A DNA stretch of 59,510 nt, the filler included, from Rhizaria sp. SCN 62-66 (taxonomy: Eukaryota), in assembly GCA_001724265.1 (NCBI GenBank). It is 2 parts of 2 records of this genome, joined end to end, with 100 filler letters (N's around TTAATTAATTAA, not from the genome) between each part and the next. Parts side by side here need not be neighbours in the genome. Positions count along the whole stretch, not along the records: positions 28,505 to 59,510 come from MEDY01000389.1; 1 more part is not named here. One strand, written 5' to 3'. Below are positions 31,601-44,700 of this stretch, in pieces; the stretch's first letter is position 1, and each line of letters starts with the position of its first letter. The notes under the pieces are model-generated. The model made no database searches. It had not been told where the DNA came from and saw nothing but the letters and a program-made list of their open reading frames with translations. The translations under genes and the position numbers were made by a program.

Positions 31601-33761
31601 TGCTGCTGCTGCCGCCGCCGCTGCGGCTGCGGCCTCGAGCAGCGGGTTCGTGATGCCCGGGCTGCCCGTGGCGGCGCCCTCGGCGGCGACGGTGTGCGCG
31701 GCCACGAGCGACCCCGCGCGCGGCGGCGTGTTTATCACCGCGCCGCTGGCCGCCGCAGCCGCCGCGGGACTGCTGCTGACGCCCTCGCAGACGTTTGCGC
31801 TGACAGTCACGCCCGTGCTCGCGGCGCTGAGCGCGATGCAGGAGCAGCAACAGCTGGCACTCGCGCAGCAGCAGCACGCGCTGCAGCAGCCGCAGCAGCC
31901 GCAGCACGTCCACCACAACAGCTCCGGCGGCGCCGGCGCGAACGCGGCCGGTGGCAACGCCGCTGCCGGCGCGAACGCCGCTGCCGGCGCCGCTGCGGGC
32001 TCTGGCGCCCCAGCTGGCAGTGCGGGCGAGAAGCCTCTGCAGGCTTCTCAGTCGCTGTCATCGACGGGCCCGCTGTCCCCGTCGGGCGGCGCCGTCCCGG
32101 TCGCCCCGGGCGCGGGCGCGGTCGTGCACACAGTTCTGGGCTTCCTCTGCCCGCCGCTGGACGCCTTCACGCCGCTGCCGCCCGCGCCGTCGGTCCCGTC
32201 CACCGCGCCCTCGGCGGGCCCCGTGCCCGCGCCGCTGCTCGCACGCTGGCTGGCTGCCGTCGGCCTCACCGAGGACCAGTGGCGCGCCGCCAACACGCGC
32301 GTCGCGCCGGGTGCGCTCTCGCTCGCGCAGGCCTACAGCGTCGCCGCCACCGCCACGGGCCTGCCGCCGCTGCCCGCGCGCCCCGTGCCCGTGCTGCCCG
32401 CCACCGCGCAGGCGGGCGCCGCGGGGGCCGGTACGAGCGCCGGTGCCGCGGGCGCGGCCAACGCGGCGCTGCAAGCGCAGGCGCTGGCCGCCGCGCAGGC
32501 CGCAGTTGCCGCCGAGGCCGCTGCCGCCGCGCTGGGCTTCGTCGCCGGCTCCGTGCTGCACCCGCCGCAGTCCGCTGCCGCGCTCGCGCTTGCCGCCGCG
32601 GCGGCCGCGCCCGCACCGCCCGCCGCTCCCGGCGCTGCGCCGCAGTCACTGGCGTCCGCGACAATGACGCAGCTGCTGTCGCAGCCGCTGCTGACATCGT
32701 CGCTGGCGTCGTCCGCGGGCGCGCTGATGCTGCACCCGGCCCTGGCGCGCGCGCTGGCGGCGCTGCCGGTGCCGGATCCGACCGCGGTGACGGGCGGCGC
32801 GAGCGCGGCGATCGACGCGGGCCTCGGGCTCGGGCTCGGGCTGGCCTCGGTCCAGCAGGCCGCGCTCGAGGCCGTCGCGGCCGGGCTCGTCGCGCACAGC
32901 GACACGCCCGTGCCCACGCTACCCGCGCACGTCGCCGCCTCGCCCGTCGCGGCCGCGCTCTGGTCCGTGCTCTTCGCGCCGCCGCAGCCGCTGCCCGCGC
33001 CCCCGGCCGCGCCCATCAAGGGCGCCGGTGGCGCGGGCGCAGCGGGCGCCGGCGCTGGCGCTGGTTCCGGCAGCGCGAGCGTGATGTCGCCGAACGCCGC
33101 CGCAGCCGCAGCCGCCGCGACCCCCGCGGCCGCGGCCGCCGCCGCCGCGGCGCAGCTGGCCGTGTGCCGATCTGCGCTGGCGACTCACGAGCGCTTGCGC
33201 GGGTGGTTGCTGTGCGCGGGCCCGCTGGCAACGCTGCCGCTGGCCGGCGCCGTGGTGACCGCGCAGCTGCTCTCTGCCTCGGGCCACCCCGTGCCCGGCT
33301 GCATCGCTGAGCTGCCGCTCACGCTCACGCAGAGCCCCTTCGCGCCGGGCGCCGTCCCCGCGGGCCCGCCCGCCGTTACCGGCACGCCCGCCGCGGTGGT
33401 CCACTTCCCCGCCGCGCCCTCCGCCGCCGCCGCCGCTGCGACCGCGAGTGACAACGGCGCTGCGCCTGCCGCGGCCGCGGCGTCCGAGTCGCCCGTGGCC
33501 GTGGTCAGCGCGACGGCGACGGGCCTGGCGCTGGGCCTTGGCATGGGCCTCGCGCTCGACGGGACCATCGCGCCCGGCGTCGAGGGCGCGGAGTCCGCGC
33601 TCGCGATCGCCGCGGCCAACGCCAGCGGCGGCAGCCTCGCCGCGGCCGCGGGCGCCAACAGGAAGGGCAAGGCCGGGCCGGTCGCGGCCGGCGGGCCCAA
33701 CGGCGCCAACACGGCCAATGCGGGTGCGGGCGCCGGTGGCTCCTGGGGCATCGGTATCTAA
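28505..33761 (+). CDS. Large Ala-rich hypothetical protein, 5' truncated by gap; apparent frameshift at 31053 is an assembly artefact
   Basis: ORFs 28583-31477 and 31134-33761 join into one frame if the N at 31053 and one copy of the flanking duplicated 15-mer CCCGCGCCGCCGCGG (31038-31052 = 31054-31068) are removed. Stop TAA. Confidence 0.75.
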
Positions 33762-34091
33762 GGATTGTTTCTATTGCGCTACGCCTGGCAACAAAAAAGC
33801 GAATCTAGAATCTAGTATAATTGCTTCTATTAAGTTTTATCACGACATGTACTCAGTTTGACGAAGGTGGTTTGTTTTAAGCGAAGCAGTTAGTTGATGA
33901 AAAGGGAAACCTTTGTATGAAAATCGAATTAGTCCGGAGATAAACGGAACGATTACAACCTAATATACACTTTTATTTTCTACTATAAACTCATTGATTT
34001 AAAATTGTGTGAATATTACAGAACAATGCACTCCATATTGCCGTGTGCGACGCTGATACTTGTTTGGCTGCATGATGACGACACGAATTAA

Positions 34092-37000
34092 TTAGACCCT
34101 GCTACTGTCCCCACGGCACGCTTCGCGCACTGCCGTCAGCGGCCCCATCTTGCCTCCTTCGGCGCCGATCGCCTCCCCGCGCAGCAGCTCCGTGCCCGCA
34201 AACCGGAGCGCGTGAGTCCATTCGGCCTCCGCGGCGCGCGACATCGCCGCCGTGCGCGCAGAGCTGCCGACCGCGCGTGACGCCTGCTCGGCGCGCGCCG
34301 CCGCGCCCACCAGCGCCGCCGCAAGCCCGCCCGGCAGCCCCGCCGGCAGCCCCACGGGCGCAGCGCCCGCAGTCGCGGGACTGGGCAGCGCGAGCCCGCC
34401 GCTAGCAAATCCCGCACGGGGGCCGTGGGCCGAACCTGGCACTGAGCCGGGGGCAGAGCCGGGCACGCTGCGCTGGTACTGCAGCGCCGGGGCGGCGTAC
34501 GCTGCATTCGCAGCAGGAGACTGCGCAGGGACAGCGTGGCCGGTGGGGATGGCGGGGATCGGGAACGAGAGCGGCGCTGCGGCGGCGATGCCCCAACGCC
34601 GGAACGCTGTGACCGCCGCGACGGGCGCCCCCGCAGCGCCGCCGATCGCGCTCGCGTACGCGCGCGCCGTGGGCACTGCGCGCTGTCCAGTGGCAGCCGA
34701 CAAGGCAGAGCCGCCATGGTCGCGGTCGTAAGTAAAATCAGTCGTCGCAGAGAAGCCATGTGCCGCCGAAGACAATGACGGCGGCGCCCACCGCTGCAGC
34801 TGCTGTTGCTGCGGCGCTTGGGGGAGCGCTTGCGAGCGCGATAACGTCTGCGTCGCGCGCGGCTGCGCGGAAACAAGCGCGTGCGTGCCGTTGCCGTTGC
34901 CGTTGTGGCTCTTTCCAGCCCCGCGCTCGGCGACAACGCCGTCCGCGGCGACCGTGAGTGTGGAGCGCGAAAGGCTCAGCGACAGGTGCCGCGGGCGCAC
35001 CGGCGACGCGGCCGCCGCTGCCGCCGCAGAGCGCGCAGGCCACTGCGGCGCGGCGGGCCCGCGCGCGGAGCCCAGTGCGGACCCCGGGCGCTGCATGGGC
35101 AGTGCGTAGACCGGCCCGCCCTGCCGCAGCGGCGCGGGCCCGCCGTCGCCGCCGCGCCGCGCGGACTCTTGCTCCTGCTGCTGTTTGCGCTGCTCCTGCG
35201 CCTGCGGGTGCGCGCGCAGTTGCTGCGCGGCGGCGAGCGCGGCGGGCGACACGTCTCCGCTCTGCACGAGAAGGTTCGCGCGCGCCAGCTCCTCGAGCCG
35301 CTTGAGCTCCTCCACGGGGTCCTCCCCGGCGCCATCCTCGGTTCCGGGTTCGAAGCCGTACCGCAGCGCTGCACTGCCGGGCCGCGCCGCGGGCTTGGCC
35401 TCGCGCCCGCCCGCCGCCGCGCGCTCGCGGGCCACGGCGTCGGCGGCGTCCGCGCTGGCGTTGGCCGCGGCGAGCACCAGCGAGCGGAACTGCGTGCCGC
35501 GCGCGCTGAAGTCTGTGTCGGCGAAGTTCTCCCCGGCGGCGCTGGCGAGTCCCGAAGGGATAGGGCCGGGGGACACGGGCGGCGGGGGCGCGCCGGTGAG
35601 GCTAGCGCGGTCGTGCAGGTGCCGGCGCGCGTCGCGCACGGCCTCGTCCACGCTCAACACAGGCTCGCGGTGCTGGTACTGCTGCTGCTGGTGTTGCGCG
35701 TGCTTAGCGCGCGTGGACGCCGGCGTGCGCGGCCCGGTCGGGGACGTGTTGTCTCCGCTCGCAGCAGGAGTCACCGAGACGGCAACGTTGTCAGCGGACT
35801 CTGCCTGCGCAGTGCTCGCCTTAAGTGTGAGCGCGGGCGGCGGCGGACGCGTGCGGCGCTCACCGCGGATGGAGACGCCCACGGTGGCCTCAGCCGCGGC
35901 GGCGGCGTCGGCGCGCGCGGCCTCGCCGCAGGGCTTGGGCGCCCAGCCGCTGATGGCGATGCGCGCCGACGCGGGGTCCTGCTCGGTCGGCAGCCGCAGG
36001 TGCGACTGCGAGCTCGACTGCGCGAGCGCCTGCTGTTGCTGCTGCTGCTGTTGATGTGACTGCAGCAGACCTTGTGTGGCGGGCGCGATGAGTTGAGACC
36101 GCTCGAGATGCGCGGCTTGTGCGTGTGTCTGCACGTGTGCGAAGGCTGTTGGAGTATTCGCGTCGGGGCCAGAAGCGACGGAGGCGGCGTAGTGACCCCA
36201 GGGAGAAGCTGCAGACACGTGGGCGTGCATAAGCACCTCTGGCGCTCCTTTCGCGCCCTTGCCACCGGCGCCAGTGTTCAGGTTGATGCTGGGGTTGGTG
36301 TTAGTGGTGTTGCGCAGAATGCGCGCCTTTTCGACAGCGTCGGCTGTGAAATAACGATCGCGTGCAGCCTCTTCCTCCGCAACTACAGCTGCGGCAACAG
36401 CAGCAGCGGCAGCCACGGCAGCGGCGGCCTCAGACTCGGCAGAGTCATGCTCAGACCCGGTCGCAGTGTTAACAGACGCACGAAGCCCTACTCCTGCAGA
36501 AGTAGGCATAAGAGCTTTCTCTGACACAGACTCAGGCTCAGTCTCCTCCGCAATCGGGTGCACAGTCCCGGTCTTGGCAGCGGCAGAGCCAGGAACAGCT
36601 TGTCCGTGTCCGACAACAGCCAGATTGCCGTTATTCGTGTCCGGGTTCGTCGGGGCAGCTGGACGTCCCCACAGCCGCGCCGGCGGCGCGTCCGCGGCCG
36701 CGCTGGCGAGCGCTGCACCAGCAGCGAGTGCCATGGACGGCACGCGCACGCGCGGCTCCGTGACCTTGTCCTTGAGCGCGAACCAGCCGGCAGTGGGCGC
36801 GTCGGGGCCGACCTTGTCTTCACCAGCGCCCTCCGCGCTCTCGTAGTCGCCGCCAGTGCCGGCATAAGCGTCTGCGTGCGCGTCGGCGGCCAGCAGCCAG
36901 TCGGGCGCGGGCGCGGGGCCGAAGCGCGGCCGCGGCGTAACGCGCGAGACCTGGATCAGCGGTGTCTGCTGCGGCTGTGCGGCGGCCGCGGTCACCAGCG

Positions 37001-38682
37001 CAGGCGGCGGCTGCGGCGCCGAGTCCGAGGCCGTCGAGAAGTCAAGCCGCCACGCGTAGTGCGCGCGGTCGGTCGACAGCGGGGGCACGACGCGCCCGCC
37101 GCCGCCGCCGCCGGCCAGCGCGCCGATTAGCCCCGCGTCGACGTCGGGCAGAAGCGCCACGGGAGCCTCGCCCGTCACGGCCGCGTAGAGCGACTGCGGC
37201 TGCGAGCCCTGCGGGTGAATCGCCGTGCGCGCGCGCGCGGCCTCGCGGCGCAGCGCAGCGTCGCGGGTCCACACGCGCCCGCTGCCGCCGCCGGTCCAGG
37301 GCCCCACTGGGGGCCGCACGGATGCGGCAGCGACGCTGTCAGCGGCGCCCACGGTCACCGCGCCGCTGCTGCTGACGGTGACGGTGCCGACGCTCGCGCT
37401 GCTGGAGAGCACGAGTGGCGGGTCGACGAGCGTGAACATCTCGGCCGGAGCCGCGGCGGCCGGCGCGGGGCGCGCCCGTGCGGGCTTGCCAGTGGGCTGC
37501 ATCAGCGCCTCATGCTGCTGCCGCGCCGCCGCGACCGCGCGCCGGCCCTCGGCGGCCAGCGCGTCGCCCGCGGCGACCGGCGAGAACGCGGCCACAAGAG
37601 CAGAGGCGCGAGAGTCGCTGGACTGGGCGGCGCGCGGGCCTGTGGCGGCGGTGACGCGCGTCTGCGTCGCGGGCGGGGCAAAGAGTGAGTCGCTGTCGGG
37701 GTTGTTGAAGAAGTAGCCTCCACTGTCGCCGCGAGCCGACTCATCATCATTTCCGTCGTCTTCAGCAAGGACGAGAGCAGTGCTTCCTGTTGCGCCAGCA
37801 GCTTCGTTGCCGTTGCTGTCCCTGACAACCAACGCGCCGTTCGCAGCGGCCTCGTCGTCCAGCGCAGCAGCCGCAGCATCGGCAGCGTCATCATCGTCAT
37901 CATCGTCGCCGTCGCCATTTTCGACGTTGTTGCGCCAGTCGTCGTGGACGCGCAGCCACGAGTCGGCGCGCCGGAACCTGTTCCTGGCCCGGCGCTCGGC
38001 GCGCACGACGTCGCCCGCGCGCGCCACCACGAGCGCCACGGCGCGCGCGCGCAGCGCGTCCTCGGCGTCGCCTTCGATGCACACGAGCGCACCCGCCGCG
38101 CCTGCCGCCGCCGCGGCTTCAACGGCTGGGTCGGCCGCGCGCTCGCGCTGGCGCCAGCCGCGCTCCCCGGCCGCAGCGAGCTCGGCCACGCGCGCGTTGA
38201 GTGCGCGGCGCAGCCGGCGCTCGGCGCCCGCGAGCGCGCGGCGCGCGGCGCGCGGCAGCGCGCGCAGTGCGGCCACGGCGGCGGCGCGCTCGGTGAGGGC
38301 TGACGCGGCCGCGGACGCAGAGGCCGCCGCCGCGGACAGGGCGGGATCGTGCGGGGACGCCGCAGCGGCGGCCACAGCAGCCGCAGCGGACGCGGCGGCG
38401 GCGGCGACAGCAGCGTCAAGGTCAAAGCCAGCGGACGCGCGAGCGCCGTCGTCGACGTTCTTGCTTTCGTTGTCGTCATCGTCATCGTCGTCGTCAGATG
38501 CGGCTCCTTCGACTGCAGCGGGCAGCAGCGCGCCCCAGGACGGCGTCGGCTGCAGCGCCTCGGCGGCCGTGGCGGCGGCGGCAGCGGCGGCGGCGTCGGT
38601 CGCAGCGGCCTCAGCGGCGTCGGCGTCGCCGATGTGCGTCTCGGTTAAGAACGTGCCCCGCGCAGCGGCGTCACCCGTGCTG

Positions 38683-38717
<35 letters not shown>

Positions 38718-39347
38718 CTCGGCGTCGGCAGCAGCGGCGGCGGCGGCGCTGGCGTCGGCCTCGGCGCCGTCGCCGGCAGCGGACTCGGTGCTCTGGAACA
38801 TCGCGGCAATCGCGCGCGCCACGCTCTTGTCCGAATCGCCGGCGCCTACGACGATTCCGGAGAGCGCGCCACCAGTCGGCGCAGGCGCGGGCGCAGCAGC
38901 GGTAGTGGATGAAGATGTAGGCGTGGACACTACGGAGCGGCTGGGGACGCGGCGGTGGCCGCGGCGGTCAGCCAGCACAACTGGCTCGTACACGCTCGCC
39001 GCTGCAGCCACCGCGGCGGCAGCGGCGGCAGCGGCGGCAGCGGCGGCAGCGGCGGCAGCGGCGGCAGCGGCGGCCGCCTCAGCCGCCGCCGTGGAGCCGG
39101 AGTCGGACAGAGCTGAGGCGCCGTCATGCATATACATAGCGGCGTCTGCGTCAACAGCAGTCTCTGTTGCAGTGGCACTGGAGCTGTTGAAGGGCAGGAT
39201 GCCTGCGCACGTGCCAGTGCCGAAGCCGGAGGGCAGGAGCAGTGCGCTCCCGGTCGGCGTCGCGGTGCGCGCGCCAATGACGCTACTGCCGCTGCTGATG
39301 CCGCTCGTCGAGGGACCCAGGCCGTGCAGCAGCGATACGGCCGCCCT

Positions 39348-39380
<33 letters not shown>

Positions 39381-42300
39381 TTGTAGCTGCTGCATGGTGA
39401 TGTGCTGTTGCTGCTGCTGCAGCAACGCGGCCGCCTTGAGCGCGCCTGCGACCGTGCGTGCGCGGCGCCGCGCGAGCTTGAGCACGTAGAAGCCTGCGTG
39501 CAGCGGCAGCGGCAGGTGCGCCGTGGCCTCGACCTCGAGCAGCGGCACGGGCACCAGTACCAACGGCCGCCGCGGGTTGAGCGAGTGCCACGCGCGCCAG
39601 TGCGCCGCCGCGGGGGCCGACACGCCCGCGCCGGGCGCGTTGCCAGCAGCGCCCGCAGTCGCTGATGTTGCTGTCGTGGTGTGCACAGTTGCCTTCGCGG
39701 CGGGGCCGAAGAGGTGCGCGACGATGGGCGGCAGCGGGGCCGCTGCGGCCGCGGCGAGCCCGGTGCTGTCGCTGCTGAGGTCCAGCGCGCGCGCGCGACC
39801 GCTGGCGCCGCCGCCGTGGGAGTCAACCGTGTCCGCCTTTTCGCCCGCGGGCCGCCGCGCCCCCGCCCCCGCGCCCGCGCCCGCGGCGTCGGCGGCCGAG
39901 TCTGATGCGGACGCAGCGGTCGAGCCGGCGCCGCCGTGGCCGCCGCCGCCGGTCGCGGTGGTGGTCGTCGTCGTCGTTGTCGTCGTCTCCGGCTCCAGGT
40001 CGGGCAGCTCGCCCGCGTCGGGCTCGGGGTCATACAGCCACAGCTGCGTCAGCTCGGCGTACGTCAGACTGCGCTTCCCCGCCCCCGCCCCCGCAGCAGC
40101 AGCAGCAGCAGCAGCGGCGGCGGCGGCAGCAGCAGCGGCGGCGGTGGGCGTGGCACCGGCAGTGGCGCCGGTGACCGGGGTGGGCGCGCGCGTCGGGGCG
40201 ATCGCGCCCGCTAACGCGCCCGCGCCGCTCTTGGGGCTCACCGTCGAGGACGACGACGCGCCGGCGGGCGCGGGCAGCGGCGGGAGCGCGTCGGTCTCGA
40301 CGGGACGCATCGTGCGGTAGATGAGCGTCAGCAGCAGCTCGACGAAGGCGTGGCGGCCCACGCCCGGCGCCCACGTCAGCAGGCTCCGCAGCAGCGCCGC
40401 CGCGAACAGCGGAAACGTCAGCGGCGGCGCCTGCTCACTGCTGCTGCTGTTGCTGTTGTTACTGTTGTTGCTGTCGGCGAGCTGCGCGCGCAGCCAGGCA
40501 ACGTCGATGACCGTGGGCGGGGTGAGGGCGCGGCACCAGCGCAGGAAGGCGGCCTGGTACACCGGCCACGTCACTGACATTGGCACCGCCGCGGCCGCCG
40601 CCGCCGCCGCCGTGGCCGCGGTCGAGGTCGGCGAGGGCGCAAGACGGGCGCCGCCCGCTGCTGCGATGGGGCCGTGGGGGCTGTGGCGAGGGCTGCCCGA
40701 CGGCGTCACACCGCTCCCGCTACCACTGCCACTGCCGCTGCCGCTAGCGGCGGCGGAGGCGGCGGTGGCGAGGGGCAGCGCGCCCCAGATCAGCAGCAGC
40801 AGCGCGCGCACGTCGGCGTCGTCGCGCAGGGCCGCCTCGGCAGCGCTCGCCGCTGGCTGGCCCCAGACGTCGAACGACGCGGCGCCGCCGAAGATGAAGT
40901 TGCTGCTGTTGCTGCCGTTGTTGTTGCCGCTGGCGCCGTGGTGCGCGCCGCCGAGCGCGGGGGAGAGCTGCGCGCCCGACACGTAGGGCGAGAAAGCGGA
41001 GGAGAACTGCGGCGTCACGGCCGGGCCCGAAATCGGCGAGGGCGACGGCAGCGGCGCCACACCGCCGTTCGCGCTCTGGGTGAACGCATGGCGGCTGTGC
41101 GACTGAGAGTGCAAGTGCGTGGGCGCGTTCGAGTGGGTGGGCGGTAGCGGGAAGCTCGAGTGCGTGGCCGCGGACGCGGAGGACGCTGGCGACCCGGGCA
41201 GCAGCGCCAGCGCGACGGGGACGGCTTGCGACTGCACCGAGGAGTCGGCGCTAGTTACGGCTCCAGCAGCGCCAGCAGCAGCAGCTACCGGGGGATTTGT
41301 CGCGAACGAGTCGGGAAGCGAGCTGACCGTAAGCCCGTGCGCCGCCCCGTGCCCGTGCCCGTGTCCATGCGGTGTGTGGTTGCCCGCATAATGCGCCAGG
41401 CGCGCGCCGTGCGTCCCCGAGGCGGGCGCCGAGGCGTCAGAGCCCGAGACGGAGGTAGCGACGTTGACCGCACTGGGCGCCGCGACACCTCTGGCAAACC
41501 CGCCAGTGATCGTGGTGCCACTCGCTGTCGCCGCCGTCGCCGCAGTCGCCACGGAGCTGGAGCCGGAGCCGGAGCCGGAGCCTGAAACGGAGCTCGAGGC
41601 AGAGCCAGAGCCAGAGGCGGAGCCAGAGCCTCTGGAGCCTGAGGCAGCAATGGACTCGAGCGCAGCCGGGAACGGCGACTGCGCACCGCCAGCATTCGCT
41701 GCACTGCTGCCGCCGCTGCCCACGTTGAAGAGAGCATGAGCGTCCGGATTGGTGATTCCGTGTGCGTTCGCGTGCACAGTGGGCGCGTGGCCAGAGTGGC
41801 CGTGCGCCGCGGCGCCGAGCGTGAATGACGCGGACGGCGCGCCGGCCAGCCGCCGCAGCGAGCCCGAGGCTCTCGCGAACGCGCCGCCGCGCGGAGTCAT
41901 GCTAGTGCCCGCGCTAACAGCACCGCCGTGTTGATGCTGCTGTTGCTGAGCCTGTGAGTGTACGTGCGAATGCGACGGCGACTGCGCGTGCTGGTTGCCG
42001 TGGCCGTAACCGCCGCCAGCGGGGGCCGCGCGCGGCGACAGCCCCGGTGCAAGCCTGGGCGAGAGCGCCGGCGTCAGGCCCGACGCCGCGTGCGCCGCTG
42101 CGGGCGAAAGCGCGGGCGCGGGCGCGTGCATGGGCGTGAGGGACGCCGAGGCGGGCGCTAGCAGCGGCGTCGACATAAGCGCGTCCGTGTTCAACGCGTC
42201 ACGGTAGGCGCGCGCGGCGCGGGGACCCAGGTGCAGCTCCGTGGGCGCGTTGGTGAAGTTGTACAGCGACGCCGGCGTCGCTGCAGACGCCGACGCAGAG

Positions 42301-42647
42301 GCGGAGGCGGCATGGAGGCGGGCGGAGGACGGGGACCCTGGAGTCGCTGATGATGAAGCGGGGAAGGGCGCGGACGCGGTGAGCGTCGACGGCGGGGGCG
42401 CGGTGAGCTCGGCCGCGAGCGCGGCAAGCCCGGCCGGGGTCAGCGGGACGGAGGGAGCTGCGACACCAGTCGCGGCGGGCGCACCAGGAGCAGAGGCGTT
42501 AGAGGTGAAGAATGCAGACTGAGAGGAGGAGGACGAGGGGGAGGCGATAGACAGAGCGACGCGGTTGGGGCGCGCCATCGAGAGGCGGTCAGGGCCGTAG
42601 ACTACGGGAGCCGGCGCGGTAGCCGCAGGCGGCGCGGAAGGGTCCAT
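34092..42647 (-). CDS. Giant single-exon low-complexity protein (~2851 aa) with a degenerate EF-hand-like helical domain
   Basis: 8.5 kb uninterrupted ORF, first ATG at 42647 (MDPSAPP), stop TAA. Ordered segment at ~40310-40825. Confidence 0.8.
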
Positions 42648-43338
42648 GGGGTGGGGACGCACGCCACGAGCAGAGGTCAACTAGTCCGTTTCTGAGCTCT
42701 GTTCTGAAGGGAGCGAGAGTACTAGGAAGAAAGGCTTCTGGAAATATTTCAAAGTTAACACGGTAGAGTTAGTTAGCTTTGTTCATGAAACTAATGACAA
42801 CACTAACTTTGACGATCGGACTAGTGTGACATAGACGGGTGAATTAAGGCTTTCAGGGCGGTCTCCGTTGGACCGTGTTCTCAAAAATGGCGGCAGCTGA
42901 CGTGGTTTGTGTAGAAATCGGGAATAGTCATCGTAACACCTGTGAAGGTTGTACAGTGAATTCAGTTATTGTTCGCGTTTTTTGAAGACACTTTTAACCG
43001 AATTTTATTATAACTTTTGCTCAAAGTCTGAGAATCAGAGTGTATTTCCGCATGCACTTTTCTCAGCTTCACCGAGTGATTGCGTTGAACAACCGTCTCC
43101 TCCCAGGCCCCGAGCTCACCCCACATCGTCTTATTTTTGAAACTACACGTCTTGTACAGATTGTTATACATTTTAAAGTGGCTGTGATCTTTGCCGCAGT
43201 TCGTTTCACGCTTCCCTTCGCTCGCTGCGCGCTCTGAGGTACCCGCTCGTCGCACCTCCAACCGCCCGCGTCGCCTGCGTTCCTCTCGCTCGCCGCGTCC
43301 CCCCGCTTTCGCGCGCCGCCCTGACTTCCCTCACCGCG

Positions 43339-44700
43339 ATGCTGGGCTCGTTCTCCGTCCCTTCGGCGGCGGACGACGACAGCGACGGCTTCTCCATGTC
43401 CTCCACGGCCGCCGCGGCCGCTGGCTTCGGCACCGGCGGCCACAGCGCCTCGGCGCCTCCGTCGTCGCTCTACGCGCGCTTCGGTCCTGAGTCCCGCCTG
43501 CGCGCGGTCGCCGCAGCCACGGGCCGCGTGCTGTCGCTGCTCTTGCTGCTTGCCGCGCTGGTGTTAACGATCCTCGCGCTCGCGCTCGCCGACTACGGCT
43601 CCGCGCGCGCGCTACGGCTGTATCACGTCCTGCTCACACTGCTCGCCGCCGCGCTGGCCGCCGCCGCGCTGCTGTCACGCGTGCGCACGCGCATGGGCGA
43701 CGGACTGCCCGTGCGGCTGCCCGCGGGCGTGGCGATTGCGCTGTTGGCCGCAGTGCAGGCCGTGGGGCTGTTCGCCGCAGTGTCGATCACGCACGCCGCC
43801 GCCGTCCCGCTGCCGCGCCCGCCCGCGACGCCGCCCGTGCCCGCCGACAAGCTCGCCTGGGTCGCCGCCGTCGCTGACCTGGTCGCCTTTACGCTGCTGC
43901 TCGTCACCAGCGCGCTCTCCTACGTGCGCGGGCGCGGCGGCGCGGCGGCGGGCCGTGACTCCCGCCACTACGCGCTGGCCGCCACACAGGACTTCGAGTC
44001 GTCGGACTCCTGGAGCCTCCACGGCGGAAGCGGGCTCCGCAACGCCAGCGCGCACGCGCACGGCTCTGCGACGGCGTCGGCCCAGCGAGTCGCCGCGGCC
44101 GCGACCGGCGCCGCTGGCTCTGCCGGTCAGCTGAGTGCCCGCCGCGGCAGCAAACCCGCGCCCGCCGCCACCGGTGGCGCCGGCGCGTTCGCGAGTAGCG
44201 ACTCCGCGCTCGGCTTCGGCGCGTTTGGCGCTGACTTCGATGTGGACGACGAGCTAGGGCTAGACGTGGACCCCACGACTGTGGCCTCGCCCCGCGCAGC
44301 CGCCGCCGCCGTCGCCGCCTCCGGCCGCGGCGCCGCCGTGCGGGGACACACCGCCGCGTCGGCCGCGGGGCCGGTCAGCCGCGGCGCAGGCGCGACGTTG
44401 AGCGCGGGCGTGAGCGCGAGCGCGGGCGCGGGCGGGTTGTTGGCAGCTGTGCGACAGTACGGCTTCCTGGGGGACGCTCGCGGCGCCGCGGGCAGCAAGC
44501 GCACGGGCTTCCCGGGTGGGCTCTCGGCCACCGCTACGCTCGCCGCCGCCAACGCGGCCGCCGCCAAGACCGGCGCGGCCGCCAACAGCAACAACGGCAG
44601 CAGCAGCAACAGCAGCGGCGTGGGTAACGGGGGCGGTGGCAAGAGCGCGGCGAGCACTGCTGCTGGGGGCAGAGTCGCAGGCGTCGGCAAGAGTGGTTGA
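43339..44700 (+). CDS. Hypothetical four-TM membrane protein with disordered C-terminal tail (453 aa)
   Basis: ATG-to-TGA ORF with four hydrophobic segments (VLSLLLLLAALVLTILALALA; VLLTLLAAALAAAALL; VAIALLAAVQAVGLFAAVSI; LAWVAAVADLVAFTLLLVTSAL). Confidence 0.75.
   Translation: MLGSFSVPSAADDDSDGFSMSSTAAAAAGFGTGGHSASAPPSSLYARFGPESRLRAVAAATGRVLSLLLLLAALVLTILALALADYGSARALRLYHVLLTLLAAALAAAALLSRVRTRMGDGLPVRLPAGVAIALLAAVQAVGLFAAVSITHAAAVPLPRPPATPPVPADKLAWVAAVADLVAFTLLLVTSALSYVRGRGGAAAGRDSRHYALAATQDFESSDSWSLHGGSGLRNASAHAHGSATASAQRVAAAATGAAGSAGQLSARRGSKPAPAATGGAGAFASSDSALGFGAFGADFDVDDELGLDVDPTTVASPRAAAAAVAASGRGAAVRGHTAASAAGPVSRGAGATLSAGVSASAGAGGLLAAVRQYGFLGDARGAAGSKRTGFPGGLSATATLAAANAAAAKTGAAANSNNGSSSNSSGVGNGGGGKSAASTAAGGRVAGVGKSG

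Noticed and set aside
39013-39066. (GCGGCGGCA)6 and similar tandem runs as possible CRISPR/mobile repeats
   Set aside because: Spacer-less coding microsatellites (poly-Ala). No cas, transposase or reverse transcriptase genes were seen in the window.
42883-42905. AAAATGGCGGC (YY1-like) and TGACGT motifs in a divergent promoter
   Set aside because: Single short matches that do not recur convincingly in the other promoters.
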